A DNA stretch of 63,890 nt, counting the filler, from Octopus bimaculoides (Eukaryota): NCBI RefSeq assembly GCF_001194135.2. It is 6 parts of 6 records of this genome, joined end to end, with 100 filler letters (N's around TTAATTAATTAA, not from the genome) between each part and the next. Parts side by side here need not be neighbours in the genome. Positions count along the whole stretch, not along the records: positions 1 to 30,332 come from NC_068986.1; 5 more parts are not named here. One strand, given 5' to 3'. A model generated the notes under the pieces. The model was given only the letters and a program-made list of their open reading frames with translations. It searched no databases and was not told the origin of the DNA. Below, in pieces: positions 1 through 14,085 of the stretch. Each line of letters starts with the position of its first letter. Position 1 is the first letter of the stretch. Position numbers and translations under genes: made by a program.

Positions 1-760
1 ATATATATATATATATATACTGATATATATATACAGGAGAGAGAATGTGTGCGCGTGAGAGGGGGAGAGAGAGAGAGAAGGAGAAAGAGAGAGAAAGGGA
101 GATTGTGAACTAATAATCGGAGAAAGGTTAAAGAATAGATGATAGGAAATTTGAGTATAATGTTTATGGATGCACGTTGTTGATATAAATTACACGTTGA
201 TGCTCTCTTTAAAATGTCTTATCGGCTTTATACTTTCCTTACCATGAAAGAGAAAACTGAAATAACATTTTTTTTTTCGTCTTGAACTGAAGTTAGCAAT
301 CGTAAACTATAAACAAGTATTGTTTCATTCTCTTTTCTTTTTCTTCATTCTTTCTTTCTCCATTTTTTATTATTTTTATCATTTCATTTATTTTTTACTA
401 TTTTATGTCTTCACTTATGGTTTCATTTTTTTTTTTACTTTTTGTTATATTATAGATGTCAGCATTCTCAAATAACCAATGTTGCATGGACACTATACAC
501 ATCTTTTCTGTTGTGTCAACATACGTTAAATAGTTCTTTGAGTATAACAAACAACAAAAACAACACTAACGACGACAACAACAACAATAGCAACAACAGT
601 AAGCTCTACAGCTGCAGCAGCAGTAGCTGCAACAACAATTTCAAGAGCATCAAGACGAAGACATACTATCTTCCATGTATCTGAAAGCCATAATATAACA
701 GACCCGAGAAAAATGTCCAAGGACTTAATAACAGCAGCAATCTCAAAACGAAACCAATAC

Positions 761-818
<58 letters not shown>

Positions 819-916
819 CGACGACGACAACAATGAGAACAAGAGTAATATAACAATACTCCTACTACTACTACTACTACTACTACTACTAATAATAATA
901 ATAATAATAATAATAA

Positions 917-947
<31 letters not shown>

Positions 948-973
948 AAGAAGAAGAAGAAGAAGAAGAAGAA

Positions 974-1005
<32 letters not shown>

Positions 1006-1009
1006 ATAG

Positions 1010-1230
1010 GAAGCCAGACTGTCTTAATTAAGAAATAAAACAAACTACCCTGGGTCATAGATATAGTATGCCCACCTGACAACAGTGTATGCGATAAGGA
1101 AGAAAGAAAAGTCGAGAGATATGACAGGTTAGCTTGGGAGGATAACCAGTTGTGGTCGATGGAAAAGGTGGAAGTAGTACCATTAATTGTCGGTGCCATG
1201 GGAACAATGAGTAAGAATCTTCAGAAGTGC
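1010..1230 (+). mobile_element. Fragment of a restriction-like endonuclease (RLE) non-LTR retrotransposon, R4/Dong/NeSL-like
   Basis: Frameshifted RKPD..VLIK..WVIDIVCPPD..KEERKVERYDRL..LWSMEKVEVVPLIVGAMGTMSKNLQK, a PD-(D/E)xK C-terminal domain, embedded in (AAT)n/(AAG)n tracts. Confidence 0.7.
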
Positions 1231-2315
1231 ATGGAAGAAGAAGAAGAAGAAGAAGAAGAAGAAGAAGAAGAAGAAGAAGAAGAAGAAGAAGAAGATCATG
1301 ATGACAGAGGAGGAAGAAATGGAGGGAAGGAAGAGGAGGAGAGGAAGATGAGGAGTAGAAGAGGAGGGGGAGACGTATTTGGAAAATAGGAATCATAATC
1401 AAAAGAATTATATTAAAAACAATGAAAACATAATCAACAACAAAAAAAAATTGAAAACAAAAGAAGAGATAAAAACAAATTAAACAAAATCTTAAATACT
1501 ATCGCAAGTCATAAGGTAAAAAAAAACAAAAAACAAAGCACATAATAATGGTTGCATATTTCACGAAGTAAGATTCCTAATTAATTCAAGAGTCACCATG
1601 ATATGTGGTAGGAATATTTCCAAGTAATCGTAATTTGCGAAGAAATGAGTAATGAATATATTATGGACAATAGTAGCTTTTCTAGTGATAATAGATAAAA
1701 TGAAACCAAATACTAATTTCAAAGCGTATAATTAGATTTAATTAGCAAGAGCTCTTTTAGAAATACAGCTTCGTTTCCAATAAGTGATGTATAATTATAG
1801 CTGAGGAATTCAGTGAAATTAAAACAACGTAAATACATCGAGAAAAATTGTATTAATAGAGTACAGTACTTTTACTTATTATTTATCTATTAAATGGTAA
1901 CTGTCGACCATACACATATACACAATCACACTTGGTGTCTAACTATCTTTCTATCTATCTAACTATCTATAAATATGTGCATATACACACATGCGTGTAT
2001 ATGCATATATTTATACAGTTAAAAATGTAGGAACACACGCATATATATATATATATATANNNNNNNNNNNNNNNNNNNNNNNNNNNNNNNNNNNNNNNNN
2101 NNNNNNNNNNNNNNNNNNNNNNNNNNNNNNNNNNNNNNNNNNNNNNNNNNNNNNNNNNNNNNNNNNNNNNNNNNNNNNNNNNNNNNNNNNNNNNNNNNNN
2201 NNNNNNNNNNNNNNNNNNNNNNNNNNNNNNNNNNNNNNNNNNNNNNNNNNNNNNNNNNNNNNNNNNNNNNNNNNNNNNNNNNNNNNNNNNNNNNNNNNNN
2301 NNNNNNNNNNNNNNN

Positions 2316-2364
<49 letters not shown>

Positions 2365-2442
2365 GAGATGGCGATAGAGACTTTGATAGGTAGGTTGATA
2401 AAATATAGACAGGCAGACACATACATACGTGAATACAGACAC

Positions 2443-2483
<41 letters not shown>

Positions 2484-3071
2484 CATTAATTTTATTAGCC
2501 ACACAGGGCTCAACGAAGATGGGACAAATACAATGTAAAGCTTTTCTTTTTGGGAGGAGTAAGGAAAAAGGGATCAAAAGGGATCGTAGGAAGGAAAAGG
2601 GGGTAGTTCGATCAAAAGGGATCAAAAGGGATCAAAAAAAAAAAAGATAGATAGAAATGTAAATATTCTTGAAAAAATACTTATAATTGTGCAGAAGTAA
2701 TTAGATGCATGTCCATGAAGCGTAGAACATTGTTTAAAGAGAAGTGCTAATATTCCAATGATAAACACACAGCTTTCAGTGAGCGTTATTTGTGAATCCA
2801 TACAACGCCATACATCCGTAAAATTCTTAATAGATATTAGATCTTAAGACACATAATTAACCAAAACGTTTCAAATGATTTTAGACGTAGATATGATCAT
2901 GTGCTTTAGTAGCTCACATCACATATCATGAGATATTATAATCGATTCTATAGTAGAGCACGTTGGCCATTTACGTACTACGTTAGTATTCTGTCTATCC
3001 GCAGATAGTGAGAACATTTCAAGAGTGTAAACTCTTTGGAAACGAGTCATACATACATACATACATGCACA

Positions 3072-3103
<32 letters not shown>

Positions 3104-3163
3104 CGCACACACACGCGCACGCACACGCACACACACACATACACACACACACACACACACACC

Positions 3164-3250
<87 letters not shown>

Positions 3251-3269
3251 GACATATCGAACAGGGAAT

Positions 3270-4490
3270 GTTTTTATAATCTGAACAGACTGAAATTCGA
3301 AGCGGTTTCTACTTCACTCATTAGGGAACTCTTATATGCTGATGATTGCGATGTAGTCAGTCATTCCGAAACACATCTGCAATCTCTTGCATCTGCGTTT
3401 GACTAAGCTTGTGATGGGGTTGGCTTTACAAACAATTTCAAAAATAAACAGTTGTAATGTATCAACCTGTACGGAATGCAGTTTGCAATATCCCTAAAAT
3501 TTTGTTTAAGGATAAGTTATTTAAGTTTCTAAGTTCTTTCATCTATCTTAGAAGCTCTGTACAAAATGATGGAAATCTCGACACAGAAATACGTCTGTGA
3601 ATCGAAAGGGCAGCACAAGCATTTTGTGGTTTGGAGCCACGCGTTTGGCACCAACGACATATATATAACAATACAAAATTGGCTCTTTACAGATCATTTG
3701 TCTTACCATCTCTCTTGAATCCTTCTGAATCATGGACATGTTATGAAAGACATTTCAAATTGTTAGAACAATTCCATCAAAAATGACTTCATCGCATTTT
3801 AAACATCACATGGAGTTCTTTCACTCGAAACACAGAAGTCCTTACGTCTGCAGGCATCACTTCAATTAAAGCTATGATTCTGGTAAACCAAATGAGATGG
3901 TTTGGCTATATTGTTCGAATGGCAGATGAACGCGCACACAATCAGCTGCTTTATAGTGAACTTGCAGAGGGGAAACACTATCGGTTTAAACTTAAAAAGA
4001 AATTTAAGGACGAAATATAGACGACCATGAAGTTACTTGGAATGGATTCAGAGGACATAGAAACCCTTGCTTTGGATCGAGTTGGATGGCGAACGAAAGT
4101 GTGAAGTGGAGTGAAAGTGTTTGAAGAGGCCAGGATAACGCATGCAAGACTCAAGAGAGATTTTAAGAAGGATGTTACGATTAAGAAGGTGAATCAATGA
4201 TCTTTTTGTGTACAGATTTTGGCAGACTATGCCTTGCTTTTGGTGGGCTCAAATCTACTTTGCAGACCCACAAAAAAAAAAAAAAAAAAAATTCCACCTA
4301 CTATTTTGTTTATATCTCTGTGCACTCCTTTCAATGCCGTGTATGTCATAAGGTCTACAATTGTAGCGGAGGTTTCAAAAGGCATTTTAAGATCCACAAA
4401 GTTCAGAAATTAACTGCATCGCTTAGTAGTCAAAATCGGATATAAAATCGATGTGGATATCTTTTCAAACAAGCCACATCAGTCGCCATG
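3270..4490 (+). mobile_element. Degenerate, 5'-truncated RTE-clade LINE (RT C-half plus C-terminal C2H2-like motif)
   Basis: NLNRLK..LIRELLYADDCD (YADD at 3335-3346), later QMRWFGYIVRMADER-like thumb and CRVCHKVY..GFKRHFKIH. Many stops and frameshifts. Confidence 0.85.
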
Positions 4491-5900
4491 ATGGATCTAA
4501 GTTATAGGAACAGGAGGTGGTTAGACTCTGTATAAGGAGTAGACATCCACCTTATATATATATGTATATATTGAAACGTATTTGCTCTTTAACATGAAGC
4601 TACTGTGAAATTCAGCATCCCCGTTTGCATCATTCCTTGTTTTGTGTTACACGTATTATGTCCTGACATTCATTTTGAGGGTAGAACAAAAATTTAGATA
4701 ATCTGTAAAACTAACTTCATTTGACGAAGCTCATAAGAAAAATGTGAATATAATTTAAAAGAGTCTTTATACAAGCGACGATGGCATCACCATGCTACGC
4801 AGTGTATTATTAAGACTTGACCTTACAATGTTACATAGTTGAAACCGGGTTTACAATCATCATACTAAGAAGAGGAAATTAAGGAAGAACAATTGTAATA
4901 TCTTCAATTTCCAATACTTCCACCAATGAAATGTTTAGCCCTAAGCCAAAGATATTACCTTAAACTAAGTACTGTAAATATATCGGGGTACTTGAATCAT
5001 TGAGTGTTAAAGTTTGAGACTTAGCAATTAGGTTTATCTTCAGGCTTGAGAATAAGTGAAGGATGATAGAGGGATCTGCTAAAAGCAGCGGCCAAATCTC
5101 TACCAAATCAATACATACAGACTTACAATCGTTTCTACTGATGGAATAATCAATCTAGTGTCTGATGTATTATTTGGTAAATAATAATAATGTTATTAGT
5201 TTGAATGAATAAATCTGATCTAAACGAGGTGGAGGAAAAGCTAAACAAGAAAAGAACGCCGACAGGATACGAAATTAAAGGCTAACCACATAATGAGACC
5301 AAAGTGAAGATCATTAAATGGTTAAACCTTTGTTGCAGGTTCAACTTCCTATCATCAATAATGTCTCCCTTGCTACACAGTGCTTATATATTCATATGTA
5401 ATTTATCAAGAATTGAAATATTCAATGGGCCTTTATCTTTGATTGATTTGAGGGAAAATCGGTTATTATTATTGCAGAAAATAATGGGTAGGGGTTTCAA
5501 CAATTGAAATATCTATTGCGATGGATATCAACTTCGTCCTCGATTTAATTAGAAAAGGCACGGAAAGATTGCTGTTTTTCAGTGCTCGCTACCAACATTT
5601 GACACACTGCGGTTTAATGAAAGTTTTATTGTAGTGATACATTGAAATCATCCAATAAATTGCCTCGCTATTATTCAGGATAGATTTTGAAAATGATTTT
5701 CACTTGTTTATTTAGAATTATTTTCATTATTTTCATTCAAAGTATTCAATGAAACTCTTGCCATTATTAAAACAGAATTTCTGAATTCTGTTCCGTATGT
5801 GTGTGTGTTTATGTATGTATGTACGTATGTATGTATGTATGTATGTATGTATGTATGTATGTATGTTTCCATGCATGTGTGTATGCATGTACGTATGCCC

Positions 5901-5935
<35 letters not shown>

Positions 5936-6435
5936 ANNNNNNNNNNNNNNNNNNNNNNNNNNNNNNNNNNNNNNNNNNNNNNNNNNNNNNNNNNNNNNNN
6001 NNNNNNNNNNNNNNNNNNNNNNNNNNNNNNNNNNNNNNNNNNNNNNNNNNTATATATATGAATATGTACGTAAGTATACATATTTATGCATACCTAAACA
6101 TAAATATACATATGCGGTATTGAAATATCCTATTGTGTTTTCGTTTATTTTACGCAGTTGAATCTTGTTATTGTTTTTGCTGTTATTTTGCTCGACGATA
6201 TAATAATGATGATAAGTATTGCATGTATGGGAGAGAGTTAACTGTTGAAAGTTTCCATGGTATTACGTCATAGCGTGTCTCTGTCATTCAATGCAAAGCA
6301 AGAGAACGAAGGAAAGGGGGAGACAGAGAGAGACGGGGACGGAGGAAGTGAGAAAGAGAAAGAGTGAGAGAGAATCGTAATTGGTGAAAGAGTATGTGTG
6401 TGTGTGTGTTTGAAAGCGGAGAAAAACGGGTGAAA

Positions 6436-6485
<50 letters not shown>

Positions 6486-6781
6486 AACTGAGGAAGTTCG
6501 AAAACCTAGAGCGAGAGATTGAATAATGGACGGAAATAATAAAAGAGGGAAAAAGAGAGAAATTTTGAACAAACTGAAAGATTCAATTGAAAAAGCGATA
6601 AACAGAGATAAGAGAGAGATGGAGAGAAAGAGAAAGAGAGTGACAGACAAAGAGAACAAGAGGTAGAAAGCGGGAGACATAGAGAGAGAAATAAGAAAGA
6701 CAGGACAAAAGATATGAAAATTTAAAGTCGGAAGTAAATAGGTATACACGTAAATTTATACATACATACATAACTACAGAT

Positions 6782-6831
<50 letters not shown>

Positions 6832-6832
6832 T

Positions 6833-6866
<34 letters not shown>

Positions 6867-6882
6867 CATAGGGACGAAAAGA

Positions 6883-6934
<52 letters not shown>

Positions 6935-8400
6935 AAATCTATTATATGAGAGGAAATAGGGAGGTTTCATTATAGAAATTATTAGCGTCTTTGTTTTGAT
7001 GTTTTTAATAAATATTCATTATTTCTTTGGTTAATCATTCTTTATTACAGTTCCTTATCAACGGTATTTACCTCCATTAATTCTCTTTGGTCGTTAATAA
7101 TAAAATGCCAGTCAATGATGATGACGACGGCGATGGTGATGATGATGTTGATGACGATGACGATGATTATGATGATGATGATGATGATAATGATGATGAC
7201 GACGACGACAAGGATGACGATAATGAGTCTGACGATGATGACGATGGCTGCGTCGAGTTGGAATGACGTGTGATGTGGCGAAACGGTATGTGATTGTATT
7301 TTTGTAGTAGAATGTCGCGGCGGTGATACAGCGGGGGTGGCGCCAATGTTGGTGGTGATGTTTCGAGTGATATCGGTGGTGGTGCTGGTGCTGGTGCTGG
7401 TGATGCTGGCAGGCACGGGATGCTGGTGAAGATAGGGAGCGTTATGTTTGTGAGTCTAGTGGTGATGCTTGAGAAGATGACAATGATGATCATATTCATT
7501 GTTATGGAGATCATGTTGGTGATGTTGAGGATGATGATGGTGGTGGTGCTTTAGATGGGGGCGATGGAGGTGTTGCTGGTTTTATTATGAAGGGTGACGT
7601 TCGTAATATCTGTATCGATGATGTGGCGTTCAAGCTAAGCTATGTGATTGCGATGGTGCTGTTGGCGACAGAGATATTCCAGCTGACGGTGGAGTTGGTT
7701 GAGGTATTCTTACCGTCGTTCGCTGATTGTTGTTCGTGTTGTTGCGAGCATTGCTAATAATGATGACAATGCTGTTGTTCTTGCTGTTGGAGATACTAAT
7801 GTTTTAGGTTCAGTTGTTGTCAGTGGTTTCTTGTCGAAGAGGGAATGTGCAAGCGATGGCCTCATTCCTGATAATATTGTCGCTGAAACCTTCATTACTT
7901 GTGTTGTTGTTTTCGACTATTTTTTTCTTTTTTTTTTTTCTTTTCTCGTTTTATTGTTGTTGAAGTTAGTGTTAGTGTTTTTGTCGCTGTCGATGCTTAT
8001 ACTGCTTCATGTTGTAGTGTAAGCGTTGTTAGTTTTAGTGTTGCCAGTTATGATATAGTTTATAATCAATAGGTATTCCTCCCTTCCCCCAACTCTCCAC
8101 CTTCGCTATGATTCATTCTACCCACCACCCCAACTCACTCATACTCTGCTCTATTCTTTCTGCTCCTTGACCACCCACGCACCCCGCTACTAACGTTTCA
8201 ATAGAAAAGTGTAAATCTCTCTGACTCTATGCTATTGTTGACGAGATTTATTAAAATTTTGTAATATCAATTTTATCATTGTGCTAAGCGACATTGTATT
8301 CTATTGCCGAGTTAACACGTAGATATTGGAATCTATAGAATTGGCTAATGGTGCGATGAACGACTGATATATCAAGTAATGTATAAATAAGTGTGTTTGC

Positions 8401-8434
<34 letters not shown>

Positions 8435-8818
8435 ATGTGTGCCAATGTAACTATGTGCATGTGTGCGCGTGCGTGGAAAGTATAAATATATATCTATAGT
8501 CATATATTTATTTTAAAAATCGCACAGAGAAATATATGTATATATGTGTGTGTACAAACACACACACACATATATATGTTTGTATGTATGCATATATATA
8601 TATACATATATATGCGTATGTTTTTATGTATGCATATATATATATATATATATATATGTATATGTATGTATAGATATACATATATATGTATATATATATA
8701 CATATATATACATATATATATGTGTATATATATATATACATCTATATACATACATATATATACGTTACATATATATGTATATATACACATATATATACAT
8801 ATAGACATATAAATATAT

Positions 8819-8867
<49 letters not shown>

Positions 8868-9446
8868 AATGATTTCTCTAGTATTGTGCTATCTACAGAT
8901 TTGCAAGATGTATTATGCATTAATGGAAGCCAGATCGAGTTGCAGGGCCAAGAGAAAACAAAAGCCGTTTGAATTATCATTCATTTATCTCTGCTTTAAA
9001 TGCATTAATAAAAATATTAACATTGTTATCCATATATCCATGTATTCTTTTCTCATTTGACCTTTGTCATTCCAATTTATCTAAGCTTGAATTGCTGCTG
9101 TCACGCTTTTCGAATCTTTGAGACGAAATATTAAAAGGCAACAGACAATTTTCAATGGTCGATCACGATATACTTCTGATGTGGACGATTTTATGGCATC
9201 CACAAAACGGTGTTGATCAGAATAAGTATTTTATGTAATGGTCTCTTAATTATAATACAGTCGAAATATCACCGTTTCACATTGAATAGTCGACAAAATA
9301 TCAGTTAGATCTCTGTTATGTTGAAGGATCCTCATTTTAACTTCCATGCGAGATCAATTCATGAAGAATGTTGCCTTTTATACGTTATTTACATTAATTA
9401 CTTTATTTACGTTTGACGGATATTTGTCCTCATCTTGTTTGTTGTT

Positions 9447-9492
9447 AACACAACTTTTCGGCTGATATACTTTCCAGACTTCATCAGGTGTC
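9447..9492 (-). ncRNA. Minimal type I hammerhead ribozyme-like motif (second, inverted copy)
   Basis: Minus strand reads gacac-CTGATGA-a-gtctg[10 nt]cagcc-GAAA-agtt-gtgtt, with one mismatch in stem II. Confidence 0.55.
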
Positions 9493-9549
9493 TTGGGGAA
9501 ATCTCGAACCCGGGTTCTCATTCCTAAAATATTTTTCGATGTCATCATC

Positions 9550-9580
<31 letters not shown>

Positions 9581-9661
9581 TGACTGCCTGGAATCGAACT
9601 CGGAATCTTGGGGTTAGTAACCGCGCTCTTAACCACTACACCATAGTCCGTGGGCCTAGGA

Positions 9662-9746
<85 letters not shown>

Positions 9747-9823
9747 TAATAAAAATAATAATAATAATTACAACATCGAAAAATACCTTAGGAATGAGAA
9801 CTCAGTTTCGAAATTTCCCCCAA

Positions 9824-9869
9824 GACACCTGATGAAGGCTGGAGGGTATATCAGCCGAAACATAGTGTT
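9824..9869 (+). ncRNA. Minimal type I hammerhead ribozyme-like motif (mutated stem III)
   Basis: gacac-CTGATGA-a-ggctg[10 nt]cagcc-GAAA-cata-gtgtt. Stem I gacac/gtgtt, stem II ggctg/cagcc. Confidence 0.6.
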
Positions 9870-12122
9870 AACAACACTCAAGATGAGGTCAAATATCCAT
9901 CAAATGTAAATAATGTAAATAATGTAGATAATTCCTCATCTGTTAAATAGAGAACTGTCTTACCTTTTATGATGGCCACCTTGAATTTCTGGACAATTTA
10001 GCATGATAGGTCCTTATCTTTGTTATAGTATGTGTGGTGAGTGAAATCCAAGACCAGCAGCAGTAGCAGCAGCAGTAGCAGCAGCAGCAATAGCAGCAAC
10101 AGCAGCAGCAATACTAAGGTTAGGTTGAACGTGTCCATAATGTCTCTTTGGTACTGGGTTGTATCAGTGGGATGTTCGCGTCCCTTACGAAAAGCCTGCT
10201 GTACCTAACATACCACATGTTATGTTAAGGGCTGTTGCGCACCCTAATAGAAGTCAAAGACCACTAAAATGCAATCATGTTATTGGCATCGATATAAATT
10301 AGCGACATACCAAAGCTAGTACGTGTCAGAGATTCTAGGGGCGGTATAGCAGCGTAGATAAAGACGTTGCTTAATTCAGAGCAGTTACCTCGAGGGCCTA
10401 GTTCAATCACAGGCAAGGCTTTCGAGTAATTTACAAAGAAAACAAATCAACTGAAGTAAAAAGTGCCATGAAATGAGAAAAGTTACCCTCGTAGATAAAA
10501 TAAAGCATTAGGTCCGAAATTCCGGTACAAGAAACGAGTTCAATAAAAAATCCTTGAAGATTCTGGGGCGTAGAACGGGTCAAACGTCGTGGTAGTAACA
10601 ATCAAGTTGTAGACATCAGCCCGACTAATATATACAGTATGGAAAATAGAATTGCAAAAAAAGTATTGGTTGATATCGCACGAAGAACAGAAGATAAACT
10701 CAAGATGTCGCGTAAATCGGGAATCCCTTCGTTTCCGCAGTCGATTATAATTTATAGAATATTCTCTACACTTCAGTCATTCAAAATGGCTAACGAAAAT
10801 TCGTCAAATTGCTCTCACCACAGTTTCGAATCCTTAGCAATTTGTATTTTCCATAGAATCACATACCTGGCTTAGTAAATGGGCATTCAAAGACAATGTG
10901 AAATTTTATGATAGAGATTGTCCATCACATAACATATCATACACAATTTGATATCATTTCGCATGACAAACACGAATTGTATTCGTAAGAAACGTAATAG
11001 CACATAGCTAAGCATCGTAATACTCTTAGCTAGATTGTGCACAAAAAATTCTCAGATGTCAGGAAAACACCAATACCTTGGTTTTATTAAATAGTGACGA
11101 TAAGGAATGTATCCATCGTTTCATTTAAAATTCCTACATAAAAAAAAACCTCTGCAAGCAAAAGTATATGTGTCACTTTGCTTGTAATACTTTGTCAGTT
11201 TTGTGCGTAACTATCCGATCGGGGAGAACACATCATCTGTTTCGACAATTCATAAGTCTAGTGGAGTAGATTTAACTCAGGAAACACACAATACGTCTTT
11301 ATCTGAAGCTGTCTTTACTCTCAATATACACGTCTTGTATTATGAACATACAACGCTGAAATGTTCTCTTATGAAAAAGAAAGAACAGCGATTAGCATAT
11401 TCCTGCTCAAATTTTCCTGAACTTATTATGAAAGGATAAAGATATACGTTATTGTTTAGATTCTTGCTGTTCTACAATCACCTCATGAATTACAACTATA
11501 TACCAGAAAATAGTTATACTAGAATTCGTAAATATTTCTTGGCAATACGTAATATTATGTAATATTGTGCAATATTGACGATGCGTAATATTACTTGGCA
11601 ATACGTAATATTAAGTGCATTTGGAAATATTCATCAATCACTAAAGTATATTTGATCATAAATTACTCATCGATCAGACGTGCCAAAAAAGAGAAGCGAC
11701 CCCAAAAATATATATCTAATAAGTTTTATTTCTAAAGACATTTCAGTGCCTGACACATTTCCTGAGTGACAAAATTTCGTTCTCCGCGTGAAATCTTCCA
11801 CTCGCCGTCATTAGACAATTCCAAAGAATTCAAATTCTGTCCTCAAAACCTAGAGAAATTAAACACAANNNNNNNNNNAAAAAAAAAAAAAAAAAAAAAA
11901 AAACACGGACAAAAAATTAAGCTTATGATAAAATGTGACACTATAAAATTATTTTTGAAATTAAACTCGGCGAAAAGACAAAATTTATACGAGAAAATAT
12001 GAGAATCTCTTGAATTTCTCAAGATATGAAAATAGAAAAGCCTTTACAACCATCCTGATATTAAATAAACCTCAAAATTAAGATTGGTATCGATCTCAGA
12101 GAAAATTTAATATAAGTAGAAC

Positions 12123-12164
<42 letters not shown>

Positions 12165-12227
12165 TCTGATTATGGGCATATATACATAAATACAAACACT
12201 CACACACACGCACATATATATATGTGT

Positions 12228-12263
<36 letters not shown>

Positions 12264-13324
12264 TTATATATATCCACATTTAGAATTGTATACATGTATA
12301 TGTGTATTTTTTGTAATGATTAGATTAATAGGCCTAAACATTACAATAATTTACACAAAAATATAATATGAGCTTTCTTTATGTACAATATTTTTATTGG
12401 CATAAAACTGCATATTTATTAGACTCTTGTATTAACGATCCGATTACACTTTTTAGAAAATATATTAATGATACAGATTACAGAACATCTCAGAAATTGA
12501 CATCAGAAAGTAAATTAATTTTACTAAAACAGCCATTGTAATTTGGTAAGGTTGGCACTAATATACTTAATGCTGGTAGTCAATCAATTTTAATCAATTA
12601 CAAAAAAAGTAATAAAATAGACAATGAATAATCATTAACTTAATTAAAAATTCGAGGCAAGAAAGGGAGGAGATACCTCATCATTAAGTTTACAGTCTTT
12701 ATCCTCAACACAACTGTAATTTTAGTTAATTAAAATCTATTCATTTACTACATTAAGTACAGCAGCCCAAATCTTTGTATTTGTTCTTCAGAGAGATCGT
12801 TTCTACTTTAAATAGTTACTTGTTTCTGACAGTGGAGGGCTTTAGTTGAACAAATTGACTTCAGTCCTTAAGTATATTTGAATCTGGTACATGTTCTATT
12901 GTTTTCTTTTTCCCGAGCCGCTAAGTTATGTCAAGGTAAACAATCGAAAACCGAACCGTTTGTCAAATGTTGTGAGACGAACGCAAACATGGAGTCCCCC
13001 ACTACACATAAACACGCGCACACACACTCAAACACAATATATACATGCTCTCCGTTTTTTTCCCGTCCTTGTTTTCGAATACATTCGCTACTTTCTTCCA
13101 AGGAATCTAATGTTCTTAGCGTAATTTTTCCTTGGGGCTGGCCATATTGGAGCAATCTCGAGTACAACCAGCCGAAATTGCAAAGATAATTTGGAACTCC
13201 ACTGAGGAAAGAAAACTCCGAATGACCCGTCCATGTTTTCTTTGTATCGTCTATCTGGATGTTTTGTTGTCCCTTTCTTGTATCACCTGTCTGGATGTTT
13301 TGCGTTCTTGTCCCATTTTGTATT

Positions 13325-13386
<62 letters not shown>

Positions 13387-13391
13387 TAACT

Positions 13392-13552
13392 AGTTTCCAC
13401 ACAGTTTCTGTCTACCAAATTCACTCACAAGACATTCGTCGCCCCAGGGCTATTGTCGAAGATAAGAGACTCATCCAAAGTACAGCACAGTATGTTTGAA
13501 CTTTAAACCCCATGCTATCAAAGCAATCTTCTTAACCACATAGCCATGCCAG
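13392..13552 (-). mobile_element. tRNA-derived SINE, 5' part (abundant octopod OK-like family)
   Basis: Similar to copies at 38063, 42836, 58935 and 61590 (gtttctgtctaccaaattcactcacaag...ttaaccacatagccatgcc). Confidence 0.75.
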
Positions 13553-13659
13553 CACCTTACGTAACTGAGCTAGTCATCTTTTTCACCAATCTCCATCTGC
13601 TTTTCTCTTTCGTCCTTCTTCTTATTATTTTTTGTTATGAGTCGTGATTGCAATGTCTT

Positions 13660-13839
13660 TCGGCCATTTTGTGTTAATATGCAGACAAATAGATACAACT
13701 CTGATTTATCAGATAATGATTTCAAATGTTGGCACAAGGCTAGCAATGAGGCAGGGGGAGATAAGTCGATTACCTCGACCACGCTGATTAATATGACACC
13801 GATTTAACAGTTATTCTTTGCTTAATAATAATAACGAGG

Positions 13840-13904
<65 letters not shown>

Positions 13905-14085
13905 TGCCTCTAATTTTGGGGTAGATGTTCAGCAGTTTTGAGAGAATGACAGCACTTGATCCCAAAAGGATGGAAATTAGAATAGGAAATCGGAGGGATT
14001 CGAACTCAGCACATAACGGGCCAGAGTTTCACTACAGGATATTTTGTTCGACGCTCTAACTATTCTGCAATCCACAGCCCTACAC
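13660..14085 (-). mobile_element. Second tRNA-derived SINE family: two adjacent pieces separated by (AAT)n
   Basis: B box read on the + strand as ggattcgaactc (13996-14007). Similar to copies at 62640-63190. Confidence 0.6.

Larger units (their letters stand above)
9385..9930. mobile_element. Inverted (head-to-head) composite repeat: tRNA-like head, (AAT)n, hammerhead-containing tail
   Basis: Arms about 9385-9545 and 9772-9925 are diverged reverse complements. The minus strand at 9576-9648 has A box TGGTGTAGTGG and B box GAGTTCGATTCC. Each arm has a CTGATGA...GAAA core. Confidence 0.75.

Noticed and set aside
7045-8030. Asp/Val/Thr-rich ORFs that look mucin-like
   Set aside because: Decayed GAT/GGT/GTT trinucleotide field with no domain or splice support.
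9576-9648. Possible tRNA gene
   Set aside because: A and B boxes are present but acceptor and T stems do not pair well, and it is part of a repeat; treated as a SINE head.
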